From: Carcharhinus amblyrhynchos
Lineage: Eukaryota
Direction: 5' to 3'
Length of the DNA stretch: 64,000 bases
NCBI GenBank assembly: GCA_965287045.1
Contig: OZ336870.1
Coordinates: 32,054,001 to 32,118,000, forward strand
The notes under the pieces are model-generated. The model was not told the origin of the DNA, ran no database searches, and worked only from the letters and a program-made list of their open reading frames with translations. The position numbers and the translations under genes were made by a program. Shown here piece by piece: positions 25,440-38,057 of the stretch (the first letter of the stretch is position 1; the number at the start of each line of letters is the position of its first letter).

Positions 25440-25675
25440 AGGTTTGATTCCGGCCTTGGGTGACTGTCTGTGTGATGTTTGCACATTCTCCCCATTTGCA
25501 CATTCTCTCCCTCTGCGTTCTCCAGTTTCCTCCCACCTTCCAAAGCTGTGTAAGTTAGGCGGCTTATCCCTAATAAATATGGTTACGGGGCTTGGAGAAG
25601 ATGCTCTTTTGGAATGTCGGTGCAGATTCAATGGGCCGAATGGCCTCCTTTTACGCTCTAGTGGTTCAATGGTTC
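25440..25675 (+). mobile_element. HE1-type V-SINE (partial)
   Basis: B-box ggtttgattcc, V core, atgggccgaatggcctcc tail. Confidence 0.8.
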
Positions 25676-26846
25676 TCGGGTGCAACAATAATTTTCAAAA
25701 AAGGATGAGATAAATAATTGATGGGGAACAATTTAAAGGCCTGTGGGGATTGAGTAGGGGAATGGGACTAATTGGAAAACTCTTTCAAAGACCTGGCACA
25801 GGAATAATTCCTTTCTTTCCTGCAACATTCCATGATCCTGAGATTCTAATGGGCACAATGACAAAAAAATGGCATATTCAGAATTTTTTCTTCCTGGTTA
25901 TAATGCAAAACTTTTATTGTTTTCTTCATTACATGTTACATTTTGCTACTCCAAATACATTAATATCCACCTGAGGCTTGGTTCCTGTAGATTGAGAAGT
26001 CATACAATGATGTAATGCTGCTTAAAGGGTCAAGTGATGGAAGCATGGGAGTTCACCCTGGAACGTGACCAGATTGGAAGCATGAAAGCTGCTCTAGGTG
26101 CTGAATAAACCACTGTTGTTATAAGTTCTTGTCGCCATTCATTGAAACTCAGCACTTCTACGTTGGCCAGGAATTGGCAGAATGGCACAAGGGCTTCACG
26201 ATTCTCTTGAGATCGATGACAACATTGCGGACAACTGGGCCAAGCTTAAAAAGGAATATTGTACCAGTTGCAGTGCTGGTTTATCAGATAAATCAAAAAA
26301 GGTATATGTCGGTATTTAACGAGTGTGAAAATGTGAGATGATTGTGCCAATTTTATGGGCAAGCTCCCAGTTGCAATTGTACAGCACTTAGTTTAAAAAA
26401 AGAGCCAGGGTGCAATTCTCGCCAGTAGGGGGAGGAGCAGAGACTAATCTCACTGGTGAAGCCAGCTGCTGAGCTCTTGGGCAGGTGCCACAATCTCCCC
26501 ACGTACTTTGCACACTTTTCAGGTTTTCTGAATCGTTATAAAATAGGAGATGCTTTGGCTGTTTTAGAGTGGTGTCAGATAAGGAGCAATGTAATCAGCA
26601 GCAGTAACCTGCTGTTCAACCTCCTAAGTATTGCACCCTCCGTTCACCAATCGCCACTGCTGCAGAGTTCCCTACAACATCACTTGACTGCTGCCCCTTT
26701 GCAGATTTCCAGGACTTCATTTTGGTGCAATGGTTCCTTTACTTGATGTGGCTTGAGTGCTTTGCATGGTGCACATCTGGAGACTTCCTTCTCCATGTTA
26801 GGAGGCATGGAGGGCTCATATTGTGATTCCTTTAACCTGTATCCAG

Positions 26847-27172
26847 TTCATGGAATCATAGAATCCCTATGTTGCAGAAGAGGTCATTAGGCCCATCGAG
26901 TCTGCACCAACCAAAATCCCAACCAAGCCCTATTCCCGTAACCCCACATATTTACCCAGCTAATTCCCGACATGAGGGTCAATTTAGCATGGCCAATCAA
27001 CTTAACCTGCACATCTTTGGACTATGGGAGGAAAGCAGAGCACCTGGAGGAAACCCATGCAGACACAGGGAGAATGTGCAAACTCCACACACACAGTGTA
27101 CCCGAGACTGGAATGGAACCTGGGTCCCTGGTGCTGTGAGGTAGCAGTGCTAATCACTGTGCCACTGTACCG
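26847..27172 (-). mobile_element. HE1-type V-SINE, tail type 1
   Basis: complete copy. Confidence 0.88.
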
Positions 27173-27174
27173 AT

Positions 27175-27582
27175 ATTGACTAGATATTGACTATCTAGCT
27201 GATCTGTGCCCCTCATTATTTTATAGACCATCCCTCAACCTCCTGTGCTGTAGAGAAAAAAGTCCCAGTCCATCCAACCTCTCCTTATAACTCAATCCAT
27301 CAAGTCCCAGTAGCATCCTAGTAAATCTTTTCTGCACCCTTTCTAGTTTAACAATATCCCTTTCTATAACAGGGTGACCAGAATTGCACACAGTATTCCA
27401 AGTGTGGCCTTACTAATGTCTTATACAACTTCAACAAGATGTACCAACTTCTGTATTCAATGTTCTGACCAATGAAACCAAGCATGCCAAATGCTTTCTT
27501 CACCAGTCTGTCCATCTGTGACTCCACCTTCAAGGAGCTATGAACATATACCCCTAGATCTCTTTGTTCTGTGACTCTTTGT
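27175..27582 (-). mobile_element. CR1 LINE fragment
   Basis: EQRDLGVYVHSSLKV...LVRPHLEYCVQFWSP. Confidence 0.9.
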
Positions 27583-28359
27583 AGAAACACAGATTGGCAA
27601 CAACGGTGAGAAAGTGCCAACAATAGGCGTTGCTACGATGGACATGAAGGATGATGCAGAAGACTGAAGCACTTCTGGCTTCCTCAGTCCAGCTTTCTCG
27701 AAAGTCGACAAGTTGTTTAGAAAACTGTCTATGTATCATGGCCCAGCTGTCATACCAAGAGAGTTAATCCTAAATTAACAACTCTTATCTCTGAAGCAAC
27801 AGCTCAACAAAGCACCAGAATAGGTTTGATCGGCAATGTATAATGTATAGACGGTATACTAGACGATGGCTACTGTATGGAAAGGATGCTTGGAAACACA
27901 AATCAAAGAATAGGGGGTAAAAGATTGATGAATTGCCTGTTGATCACCATTTTTAGAAATGATTTGACTTGGAACAATATGAAATTTACTGATGGCAAAT
28001 GAAAAGGTACAACAAACTGTGAACAATGAAAGGGATCAAACATACGAACAAAGAATGGGAGTAGGCCATTCAGCCCCTCAAGCATGCTCCAACATTCAAA
28101 AGGATCATGGCTGATTTGATTGTAACTTCAATCCCACATTTTCGCCGACCCTGATAATTGTTCGCAGGGGGATGTTGTCATTTGACCTCTTTCCCATCAT
28201 TGTAATTGAGCAATGCTAGGTACAAGGGTCAGCTATCTACCCTCAGAGATGTTACTGCTTGAAGAATAAAATGGTTAAAATATAAATGATCATTAATCCA
28301 GGTGGTCACATAGTAATCAAATGCATGATGCAAAGTCGGTGGAGGACTGATAAGAACAT

Positions 28360-28700
28360 AAGAACATCGTGTTCCCATGTATCGGCTGCCTTTGTCATTC
28401 TAGGCGGTAGAGGTGGTGGGTTTGAAATAAATTGTTGAAGGAGCCTTGGTGAGGTACTTACAGGTGGGATACATTGCTGCCAGTGTGTGTGAGTGATGGA
28501 GGGACTGAATAACTGTAGATGGGATAGCAATCAATTGGGCTGCTTTGTCATGCATGGTGTAGAGCGTCGTGAGTGTTGTTGGAGCTGCACTCATCCAGAC
28601 ATGTTAAAAATATTTCCTCACACTCCTGACTTGTCCCTTGTAGATGGTGGACAGGCTCTGGGGAGTCAGGGGGTGAGTTGTTTTCTGCAGGATTCCTAAA
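28360..28700 (-). mobile_element. Decayed LINE fragment (second lineage)
   Basis: MSAAPTTL..L.TMHDKAAQLI, homologous to 42759-42959. Confidence 0.75.
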
Positions 28701-28804
28701 GCTGGATGGTCCTCTGGAGGTGGAAGGGCCAATGGCGAGCCACCTTTGTCATTGGAAAACATGCTGTGGAGTGTCCCATCCTATCCTCTGACCTGTTTTT
28801 ATAG

Positions 28805-28967
28805 CCATGATGTGGAGATGCTGGCGTTGGACTGGGGTAAACACAGTGAGAAGTCTTACTGTGTTTACCCCAGTCGGACGAAAAGGGGAAGCTCAAAAAC
28901 TTGTGTGAATTTACTATCAAATAAATCGGTTGGACTCAAACCTGGTGTTGTCAGACTTCTTACTGTT
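28805..28967. mobile_element. Penelope-like pLTR fragments with inverted duplication
   Basis: 18-bp perfect inverted repeat 28830-28847/28858-28875, then aaataaatcggttggactcaaacctggtgttgt. Confidence 0.7.
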
Positions 28968-29112
28968 TTTATAGTCACAGTATTTATATGGCTAGTCTAC
29001 TTCAGGTTTTGGTTAATGACAATATCCATGATGTTGTTGGGAGGAGGGGAACAAAGGAGATTGCAGGGACTCTGACCCAAATTTTTAATTCCTCTCTGGC
29101 CACTGGGGAGTT

Positions 29113-29250
29113 ATGATGTGGAGTTGCTGGCGTTGGACTGGGGTAAAACAGAAAGAAATCCCACAACACCAGCTTAAAGTCCAACAAGTTTATTTGTAGC
29201 AAATGCCACAAGCTTTTGGGATAGGCTGTCCCGTCGTCAGGTGGCTGGGA
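29113..29250 (-). mobile_element. Penelope-like pLTR fragment with a mutated minimal hammerhead motif
   Basis: minus strand gccac-CTGACGA-cgggacagcctatccc-AAAA-gc-tt-gtggc followed by aaataaacttgttggactttaagctggtgttgtg. Confidence 0.72.
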
Positions 29251-29919
29251 GTTGCCAGAGGACTGGAGTACAGATAATGTGGTTTTGCTATTTAAGAGAG
29301 GTTGCAGCAATAAGCCGGAGAACTACAGACCAGTGAGTCTTATGTCAGTGATAGGGAAACTGTTGGAGAAAATTCTGAAGGAGAGAAGCTATCTCCACTT
29401 GGAGAGGTAAGGTTTGATCAGGGAAAGTCAGCAAGGCTTTGTCAGAGGGACGTCATGCCTAACAAATTTGATTGAAACATTTGAGGAGGTGGCCAGGTGT
29501 GTAGAACTACCTGAATGTTTTTCTTGGGTTGCCTGGTGGTCACCCATTCACCCCCTTCCTCAGGTCCCTTCATCTGGCCACATCTCTAAATGTGCTATTC
29601 ACAATGCTCTCAGATTTGTGGATACTCCACATTATGCCCAGCCATCGTTCCAGCTTTGAAACATGTTGCAGGAAAGGTACAAAACAACCCATTTGATTGC
29701 TATCAGGTTTAAGACGGGTCCTACAGAACACAGCTACAGCTTTGACATTGATTGTAATGGGAAATTCTGATTCACTTAATGATGTCTCATTTAAAGTTGC
29801 GCTTTTCAGGAACGCAGTTACAACATTAAGCAAGAACTATATTTGAGGAATTGGAAATGGTGCTGAATATTATGCGATCGTCAGCAAACATCCCCCAGTT
29901 GAGACCTTATGATGAAGGA

Positions 29920-31134
29920 AAAACACATTGACGAAGGAAGTGCCGTGGACGTAGTGTACATGGACTTCAGCAAGGCGTTTGATAAGGTCCCCCATGCAAG
30001 ACTTCTTGAGAAGGTGAGAGGGCATGGGATCCAAGGGCCTTTGGCCTTGTGGATCCAGAACTGGCTTGCCTGCAGAAGGCAGAGAGTGGTTGTGGATGGG
30101 GCTTTTTCTGAATGGAGGTCAGTCACCAGCGGAGTGCCTCAAGGATCTGTTCTGGGACCCTTGTTGTTTGTCATTTTCATAAATGACCTGGATGAGGAAG
30201 TGGAGGGATGGGTAAGTAAGTTCGCTGATGACACAAAGGTCGGTGGTGTTGTGGATGATCTGGAAGGATGGCAAAAGTTGCAGCAGGACATAGATAGGAT
30301 GCAGGACTGGGCGGAGAAGTGGCAGATGGACTTCAACGCGGATAAATGTGTAGTCGTCCATTTTGGCAGAACCAACGGGATGAACGAGTACACTATCAAG
30401 GGCAGAAGTCTGAGTAGTGTTGAGGAGCAGAAGGATCTTGGGGTCCGGGTCCACAGGACTCTTAAATCGGCCTCGCAGGTGGAGGAGGTGGTCAAGAAGG
30501 CGTATGGTGTACTGGCCTTCATTAATCGAGGGATTGAGTTTAGGAGCCGGGAGGTAATGCTGGAACTTTATAAGACCCTTGTCAGGCCTCATTTGGAGTA
30601 TTGTGCGCAGTTCTGGTCGCCTCACTATAGGAAAGATGTAGAAGCTATTGAAAGGGTGCAGAGGAGATTTACAAGGATGTTGCCTGGACTGGGAGGCATG
30701 CCTTATGAAGTTAGGTTGAGGGAGCTGGGACTCTTTTCCCTGGAGAGACGAAGGTTGAGAGGCGACCTGATAGAAGTTTACAAAATGTTGAGAGGAATAG
30801 ATAGGGCGGACTCTCAGAGGCTATTTCCCCGGGTTGAAATGGTCGCTACGAGAGGACACAGATTTAAGGTGCGGGGAGGGAGGTTCAGAAGTGATGTTAG
30901 GGGTAAGTTTTTCACTCAGATGGTGGTGAGTGAATGGAATCAGCTGCCGTCAGTGGTGGTGGAGGCGAACTCGCTGGGGTCTTTTAAAAGACTTCTGGAT
31001 GAGTATATGGGGTTTAATGAGATTGAGGGTTATAGATAGGTCTGTAGGTTGGTAGGTGATGTGATTGGCGCAACTTGTGGGCCGAAGGGCCTGTTTGTGC
31101 TGTAGTGTTCTATGTTCTATGTTCTATGTTCTAT
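29920..31134 (+). mobile_element. Young 5'-truncated CR1 LINE, intact RT and C-terminus
   Basis: open ~370-aa ORF with DFSKAFDKV, GVPQGSVLGP and FADD; tail (TTCTATG)4. Confidence 0.97.
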
Positions 31135-31420
31135 GAAAGGCCATTGATGAAACAGCTGAAGATGATTGGACTTGGGACTTTCAACTGTTGAAAATTATTG
31201 CTTTGAATCTTCAGTCAGCCCCAAGCCCCGACCCTTGGAAACGAGCTGGGGTGAGGCCAAAGACAAGGGCCAAGGGGAAGGCTACCCTGACCTGCCAAAC
31301 TGTTATTGCAGCAAAGAGGAAATTGAGGCCCAGTGAGATTCCAATCTCCAGCACCAATGGGTGCAATGTAATGCCCTTCACAATGGTGAGTATGGTATCG
31401 AGGGGGGGCATTTAATCAGA

Positions 31421-31705
31421 CAGGCACAGTAGCACAGTGGCTAGCATCACTGCCTCATAGTGCCAGGGACCTGGGCTCAATTCTGGCCTTGGGTGACTAT
31501 GTAGAGTTTGCACATTCTTGTCGTATCTGCATGGGTTTTCTCAAGGTGATCCAGTCTAAAGCTGTATAGCTGAATTGGCCTTGATAAATGTGTGGGGCTA
31601 TGGGTATAGGGCTGGAGGAATTCGGCCTGGGTAAGATGCTCTTCAGAGGATCAGTGCAGACTTGATGGACTGAATGGCCTCTTCCTGCACTGTGGGGATT
31701 CTAAG
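31421..31705 (+). mobile_element. HE1-type V-SINE, tail type 1
   Basis: head ggcacagtagcacagtggctagc and tail gcactgtggggattct. Confidence 0.85.
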
Positions 31706-32344
31706 TTGTATGCCCATCTTTCCACCTCTCTTCCAATTAAACCTGTGATGGGAAGGCTCATGGACACCCTTCCTCCCTTGTCACCAGTTATGGTTCTTTA
31801 GTGAGTAGTTAATGTGCACCAAAGCTATTTGCCTAGTGGCAGGTGGGGGACACGCCATGTGGGGAGTTCAAAACACAAACCCTGTTCAGGATCCTCTTGT
31901 GCTTCTGGTGAGATCCCATGTTGTCAAGTGCTCAGTGCCTGATTGTGGGACAAGACATCAGGAAGAATCCCTCCTGACCTCACTGTCATCCCCTGCTTCT
32001 CCCTTCCCCCACAACACCATCTCTCTGCCACAATCATTCACATCTGGCCTGAGATCCTCGGTGATCCTGGGCTCCTGGGATTACTGGCAGCTTCCACCAA
32101 CTCTTTGGGGGCACTGCCGTGCAATGAAGAGTTGCTGGCCTCTGATTGGCTGGCAGGTCTTGTGTGGTGGAATGTCCGCCCTGGAGTTCATGATTCCAGG
32201 AAAGACCCATTGCTGTCCACTGGAGTGCCTGATTCATAGAAACCAGAGGCAGGAGTAAGCCATTCGGCCCTTCAAGCCTGCTTTGCCATTCATTTCGATC
32301 AAGGCTGATCATCAAACTTACCAAATCAGATTACTTATCAGATT

Positions 32345-33852
32345 TACCAAACTTCGCTGGATTCCAGGGAAGTGCCAGAAGATTGGAAAACAGCTAATGT
32401 TACGCCCCTATTTAAGAAAGGTAGCAGGCAAAAGGCAGGGAATTATAGGCCAGTTAGTTTAACGTCTGTAGTTGGAAAAATGCCTGAATCCGTCATCAAA
32501 GAAGAAATAGCGAGGCACCTAGAGAGGAATTGTTTGATAGAGCAGACACAGCATGGATTCGTTAAGGGGAAGTCGTGTCTGACGAATTTATTGGAATTCT
32601 ATGAGGATGTGTCTTGTGCGGTAGACAGAGGGGAACCGGTGGATGTGGTGTTTCTTGATTTTCAAAAGGCATTTGATAAGGTGCCGCACAAAAGGTTGCT
32701 TCAGAAGGTTAGGGGGCATGGAGTTGGGAGTAAGGTGTTAGCGTGGATAGAGGATTGGTTGTCTAATAGGAGGCAGAGAGTTGGTATCAATGGGTGCTAT
32801 TCTGGTTGGCGGTTGGTGACTAGTGGAGTGCCGCAGGGATCGGTGCTGGGGCCTCAGCTATTTACCATTTATATAGATGATCTGGAGGAGGGGGCCGAGT
32901 GTAGAGTGTCGAAATTTGCTGATGACACCAAGATAAGTGGAAAAGCAAATCGTGCGGAGGGTGTGGAAAGTCTGCAGAGGGATCGAGATAGGCCGAGCGA
33001 GTGGGCGAGGACCTGGCAGATGGAGTACAATGTTAGCAAGTGTGAGGTTATCCACTTTGGCAGAAATAATAGTAGGAGGGATTACTGTTTAAAGGGTGAA
33101 AAACTGCAGCATGCTACGGTGCAGAGGGACCTGGGGGTCCTTGTGCATGAGTCACAAAAACCCAGTCTGCAGGTGCAGCAGGTGATCAAGAAGGTGAATG
33201 GGATGCTGGCCTTTATAGCGAGGGGGATAGAATATAAAAGCAGGGAGGTCTTGCTGCAACTGTACAAGGCACTGGTGAGGCCGCAGCTGGAGTACTGTGT
33301 GCAGTTTTGGTCGCCGTACTTGCGCAAGGATATTTTGGCCTTGGAGGGAGTGCAGAGGAGGTTCACTAGGCTGATACCGGAGATGAGGGGGTTGGACTAT
33401 GAAGAAAGGCTGAATAGTCTGGGTCTGTACTCATTGGAGTTTAGAAGGATGAGGGGGGATCTTATAGAGATGTGTAAGATAATGAAGGGGCTGGATAGAG
33501 TAGAGGTAGAGAGATTCTTCCTGCTCAGAAAGGATAGCAGGACTAGGGGGCACAGCCTCAAGATAAAGGGGGGCAGTTTAGAATGGAGTTGAGGAGGAAC
33601 TTCTTCACTCAAAGGGTGGTGAATCTCTGGAATTCTCTGCCCGTTGAAGTGGTGGAGGCTACCTTGCTAAATATATTTAAGTCACGGGTAGATAGGTTTT
33701 TGACAGACAAGGGAATTAAGGGTTATGGGGAGAGGGCGGGAAAGTGGAACTGAGCCACAACAGATCAGCCATGATCTTATTGAATGGCGGGGCAGGCTCG
33801 AAGGGCTAGATGGCCTACTCCTGCTCCTATTTCTTATGTTCTTATGTTCTTA
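32345..33852 (+). mobile_element. Young 5'-truncated CR1 LINE (RT domain; frameshift near the C-terminus)
   Basis: 406-aa ORF PEDWKTANVTPLFKKG..GNYRPVSLTS...FADD; (TTCTTATG)n tail; near-identical subfamily to the 21508 and 54447 copies. Confidence 0.97.
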
Positions 33853-34260
33853 TCAAGTTCATCCTTTTTAAAGTTCACTTGGAAAACAACTGCTGTTAAT
33901 TATTGTGATTGCTGAAAGCTGTTTCGGGAATTGGAAAGTTACTTGCTTTCAGTTTTGTTGTGAGTGTGAGGCTTTTTCCAGAAACATAGGGTCAGCGTAA
34001 GACTGTACTCCAATCATTGCTTCAATTCAATATCCCAAAAATTCCCAAACAAAGCAAAAAAAAGATAAATTTTATGATCTGTTCATTGAAAGCACATTTT
34101 TATTTATTACCCAGAGTTATGGAGAAACCTTTACTTTTACTTCCTCATGTTCAGATAACAAAATACTCAGACTATGACGTATATTAAATATATTAACATT
34201 ACCAAATATTTGATCAGGTCCTGGCAAGATTGCTTTGTTTCTAGCACATCGAAATCTAAT

Positions 34261-35320
34261 GGCCGATATTTTACGACCTCGTTTGGATGAGGCTCGCAAA
34301 ATCCAACCCAAGGCCAAAGCAGAATTCCATTCTGCGAGTTACCGGGATGGACATGCCGGTAAAATTCCAGCCAATGGCTGTGATTTAGAAGCTGTGTTAG
34401 CCGTGGGTGCAGATCCCATAAATCCTGCTAAATCCCGCAAGGGGCCAAAGACAGGATTTGTGCTGGTGAGATCTCGGAATGAGATCTTCCCCTGTCTCCT
34501 TGCCCCGGGAAGGACGTGAGGCTGATTTGCATACATTAACGTTTCATTCGCAGGCCGCAATTTACTGCCTTGTCATAACTTCCCACCCAGCCGGTGTGAC
34601 ATCATGCTGGCGCGAGTCTCTACTGATTTTCACCTCAAGGTAAGTTATGGCCACTGGGTGGTGAGGGACACTCCAGGGCATCATTCCCTGGCAACCTGGC
34701 AGTGCCCTCTGACACTGTCCCCTGGTGCACCCCCATGGCACTACCCCCAACATGTCCCTGGCACTCAGGCAGTGCCTTCCAACACTGTTCCCTGGTACTG
34801 CCCCATGGCACTCCCCCTATGGGGAGCTCGATTGTGGGAGTTTCCCTTATCCATGGTGGGGGGTGGGGGGTGGGGGGGTGGGGGTTGCTGGGGGAAGAGG
34901 GGAAAGGGGGGGCTGCCCTTCTGTGTGCAGGGGGCAAGTTTCCCTTTACTTGTTAGGGTTGCGTTCCCCTTGTCCATGTGGGATCTCGCTGTCTGTGAGG
35001 TGGCGGTCTCTGCATCCGTTGGGGATTTCGGTGACCGTGTGTGGGAAGGTTCATGGCGGTATCTTTTATTTAAATTGGAGATCGGGAAAGGGCGCCGGAT
35101 CTCAGCATTCCTAGTGTTTCCAGCTTTCCCTGGCTCTGTTACTCTCACTGAATGTCTGACTCTCGCTTCCCATTTGACGTTGCACAGAGCATTGTTCAAT
35201 ATGGCGAGAAGAGCCAGGGACTTCACACTGGTGTGTCTGCTTGAGTCCAGTTTTGGGAAGATTCTGGCCAATGGGGGCAAACTTTCCCACCTCTGGAATT
35301 TTCTGCTGAAAGTTTGTCCC
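34261..35320. mobile_element. Three abutting PIF/Harbinger-type TIR elements (34261-34372, 34376-35269, 35273-35320)
   Basis: AAT|ggccgatattttac...gtaaaattccagcc|AAT|ggctgtgattt...aagattctggcc|AAT|gggggcaaactttc...gaaagtttgtccc. Confidence 0.62.
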
Positions 35321-35751
35321 AGCCTGGCTGCTGGGCTGTATGGTGTTGTGATTCGACAGGAATCAGCCAGAAAAGAGACCACCTTTGTGTTTTGTACCCA
35401 ATTAGTTCCTAAATTGGCCCTAAGTAATTATTGCTGCTGCTACCCAGATAGGCCCTGCCACATCCATTCCACCTCTGGCAAGAATGCGTGGAAGTGGGAA
35501 CACCTCAGGGAGCTGATTGGGAAACTAGCTTCAGATTTTGCCCTGGACTCACCTTCAAATCCGTCTCAGTATCAATTTTAAGTAAGAAAGATCTTGCTTT
35601 TATAAGGTGTATTATTATGGTCCAAAAAGATCCTAAAACACCCAAAACTGAATCATTTCTTTGTGTAGTCACTATATTAGCGATCATTGAGGGCAGGGTT
35701 GGATGACCCAGTAAATGTGTTCCAACTGCATAGGACTTAAGCCTTTGTGGT

Positions 35752-36070
35752 AATCATAGAATCACAGAATCCCTACAGTGCAGAAGGAGGCCATTCAGCC
35801 CATCGAGTCTGCACCGACAACAATCCCACCGCAGGCCCTACCCCACAACCCCACACATTTACCCCACTAATCCCTCTAACCTACACATCACGGACCCTAT
35901 GAGCAATTTAGCGTGGCCAATCAACATAACACGCACATCTTTGGAGTGTGGGAGGAAACCAACGCAGACACAGGGAAAACATACAAACCCCACACAGACA
36001 GCCACCCAAGCCAGGAATCAAACCCAGATCTCTGGAGCTATGAGGCAGCAGTGCTAACCACTGCCACCCT
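35752..36070 (-). mobile_element. HE1-type V-SINE, tail type 1
   Basis: core plus tail (ATTCTATG-like repeats). Confidence 0.88.
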
Positions 36071-37020
36071 GACCTAGAGATATTTGTAGGCTTTTGAGAT
36101 AATTGTACATACGTGTAAGTTTTTCTGAAAAGTCCACAGTTTGCCACTGATCACGAGAGCGTTTAAATTGAACTTTAACAGGGTTTCATGATCTCAGCAC
36201 AGAGGGGTTGCCTATTCCATGCTTTTGTATGTTTCACTACAGTGGGTGTCTGAGGCAAGGGAATGAGGGGAGAGGTCAGGGAGAAGGATCAAAGCAGTCC
36301 CTCGATTTGACGAGGACTCACTATGTACCCTCCCCCAGGCTGTGTCCTGCCAATGCGACCTAATAATGCCAACAGACTGGAAGAAGAGATACTGACTACC
36401 CGGCAGAGGTTGCAAGTGAGGCCAGCAGCGTTGGGCTGGTCACGCTCACATGGATGACCTCCTGATGTTGGTCAGGGTGATGAGGTCCTCAGTTTGTGTA
36501 TTCTTGTGTCAGGGAGGTAGAGGTTAGCATTGCAAATGCTGGAAGCTTGTGGGTTTGGCTGGAGGTCCATGGCAGCATGAGGCAGCAGAGGCAATGGGTG
36601 TTGGTGCTGATGACTCTGTGTGCACCTATTGCATTGGTCCTGGTGGAGGGTGCGGGGCTGGGGACCTGTGTGGATGAGCCAGGCAGACACCACCTTGGCA
36701 GCCAGGCATTGTGTTGACCATGGATGCCCCGCCCTGTGTTTTGGTGGTGGTCCCACGGCCTTACACCTGGCTGACAAGGAGGCTACCAATTGGCTGAAGA
36801 ACCTCAGATTTGAATATAGCTGCTCATCAGCGCATACAATAGGACTAGATTATCAGTAGCGTCTGTCACATGTAGCTTTGTACCTGAGTAGGAAATGTGA
36901 GATAAAGGGGGTGATTCTCTGACCCAGCTCACACAAGTGCCAAGCCTGGTATAGCTGGAGAATCTGGCAAGAGAGGCCATAATGGGATTTGCGATAGAAG
37001 GAAAGAACTCATTTTGAGAT

Positions 37021-37135
37021 CCCAACCCCTGCCCCCACCCCCACCCTCCCTGCCCCGCCCCCCCCTGCCCCTGCCACCCGCCCCACCCCCACCCCCCCAG
37101 CCCCCACCCCCCGCCCCCACCCCCACCCCACTCCT
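37021..37135 (-). repeat. C-rich low-complexity tract (G-runs on the minus strand, G-quadruplex-capable)
   Basis: many runs of 4-8 C separated by 1-3 nt. Confidence 0.85.
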
Positions 37136-37579
37136 GGCCTGTGATATAATCTGAATCACTCCCAGTAATATTTGCATACATTGAAGTTAATTTAGATATT
37201 GAAAATTAGCTTTAAGCTGAATTCTCCAGCCTCCTTAAATTTTCCTACCACCAGCTTGTCTTGAAGCCAATGGTCTCCAGATCTGGTGGCCCAAGGAAGT
37301 CTGCAATTGGGAACCTTTTGCAAAGTAAGTTTAAAAGTTGTTGGCAACTTTGTACATCACAATTATATGCTCTATGGTAATGAAAGTATGTTTTTAATGC
37401 AGTGATTAATGATAGGGTTTTGTTCTTAAAAGTTGAGTGGCTATTAAACTGACCAGTATTACCAAAGTGCTTAAATGCATTTGAGCACTTTTTCCACCAG
37501 ATAAAGTGTTTCTTTATGTGCAGCAGTATTGAGGTTCGGATCATTTGGACCCTATGCTTTAATCTTTACATTGATTCAC

Positions 37580-37842
37580 AATCCAGTCGCCTGACCCACG
37601 CCCTATCCCCATAACTCCCCGCATTTATCCCACTAATCCCCCTAACCTACACATCTTGGGACACAAAGGGACAATTTAGCATGGCCAATCCATCTAACCG
37701 GCACATCTTTGGGCTGTGGGAGGAAACCGGAACACCTGGAGGAAGCCCATGTGGATATGGGGGGAACATGCAAATTCCACACCAACAGTCACTCTAGGCT
37801 TGAATCAACCCAGGTCCCTGGGACTGCGAAGCAGCAGTCTTA
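37580..37842 (-). mobile_element. HE1-type V-SINE (partial)
   Basis: V core tttagcatggccaatcc...gggaggaaaccgg. Confidence 0.82.
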
Positions 37843-38057
37843 ATGTACTCTACTCAGTCTTAATGTAATAGCTTCCAGAAAACTCAACAACAGCTTTTAA
37901 GATCAGTTGAGGATGAGCAATAAGTACAGGCTTACCAGCCTCACCCATAATCTGTGAGGACACTCTTTAATACCTCCGATAATGTTAGTTGTAGTGATGC
38001 CTGTACATGGTCTAAATCCCTTTTCTCCTCCACAGTTCACAGTTTTTCACCATTAAG

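Noticed and set aside
29909-33592. Long RT ORFs as domesticated genes or autonomous retroelements
   Set aside because: They are 5'-truncated CR1 copies lacking ORF1 and the endonuclease, with start codons that come from flanking DNA or are non-ATG; the open frames reflect young age.
34604-35581. 325-aa and overlapping ORFs as a novel gene
   Set aside because: They run across GC-rich, low-complexity transposon-derived sequence and element boundaries, with no domain or splice support.
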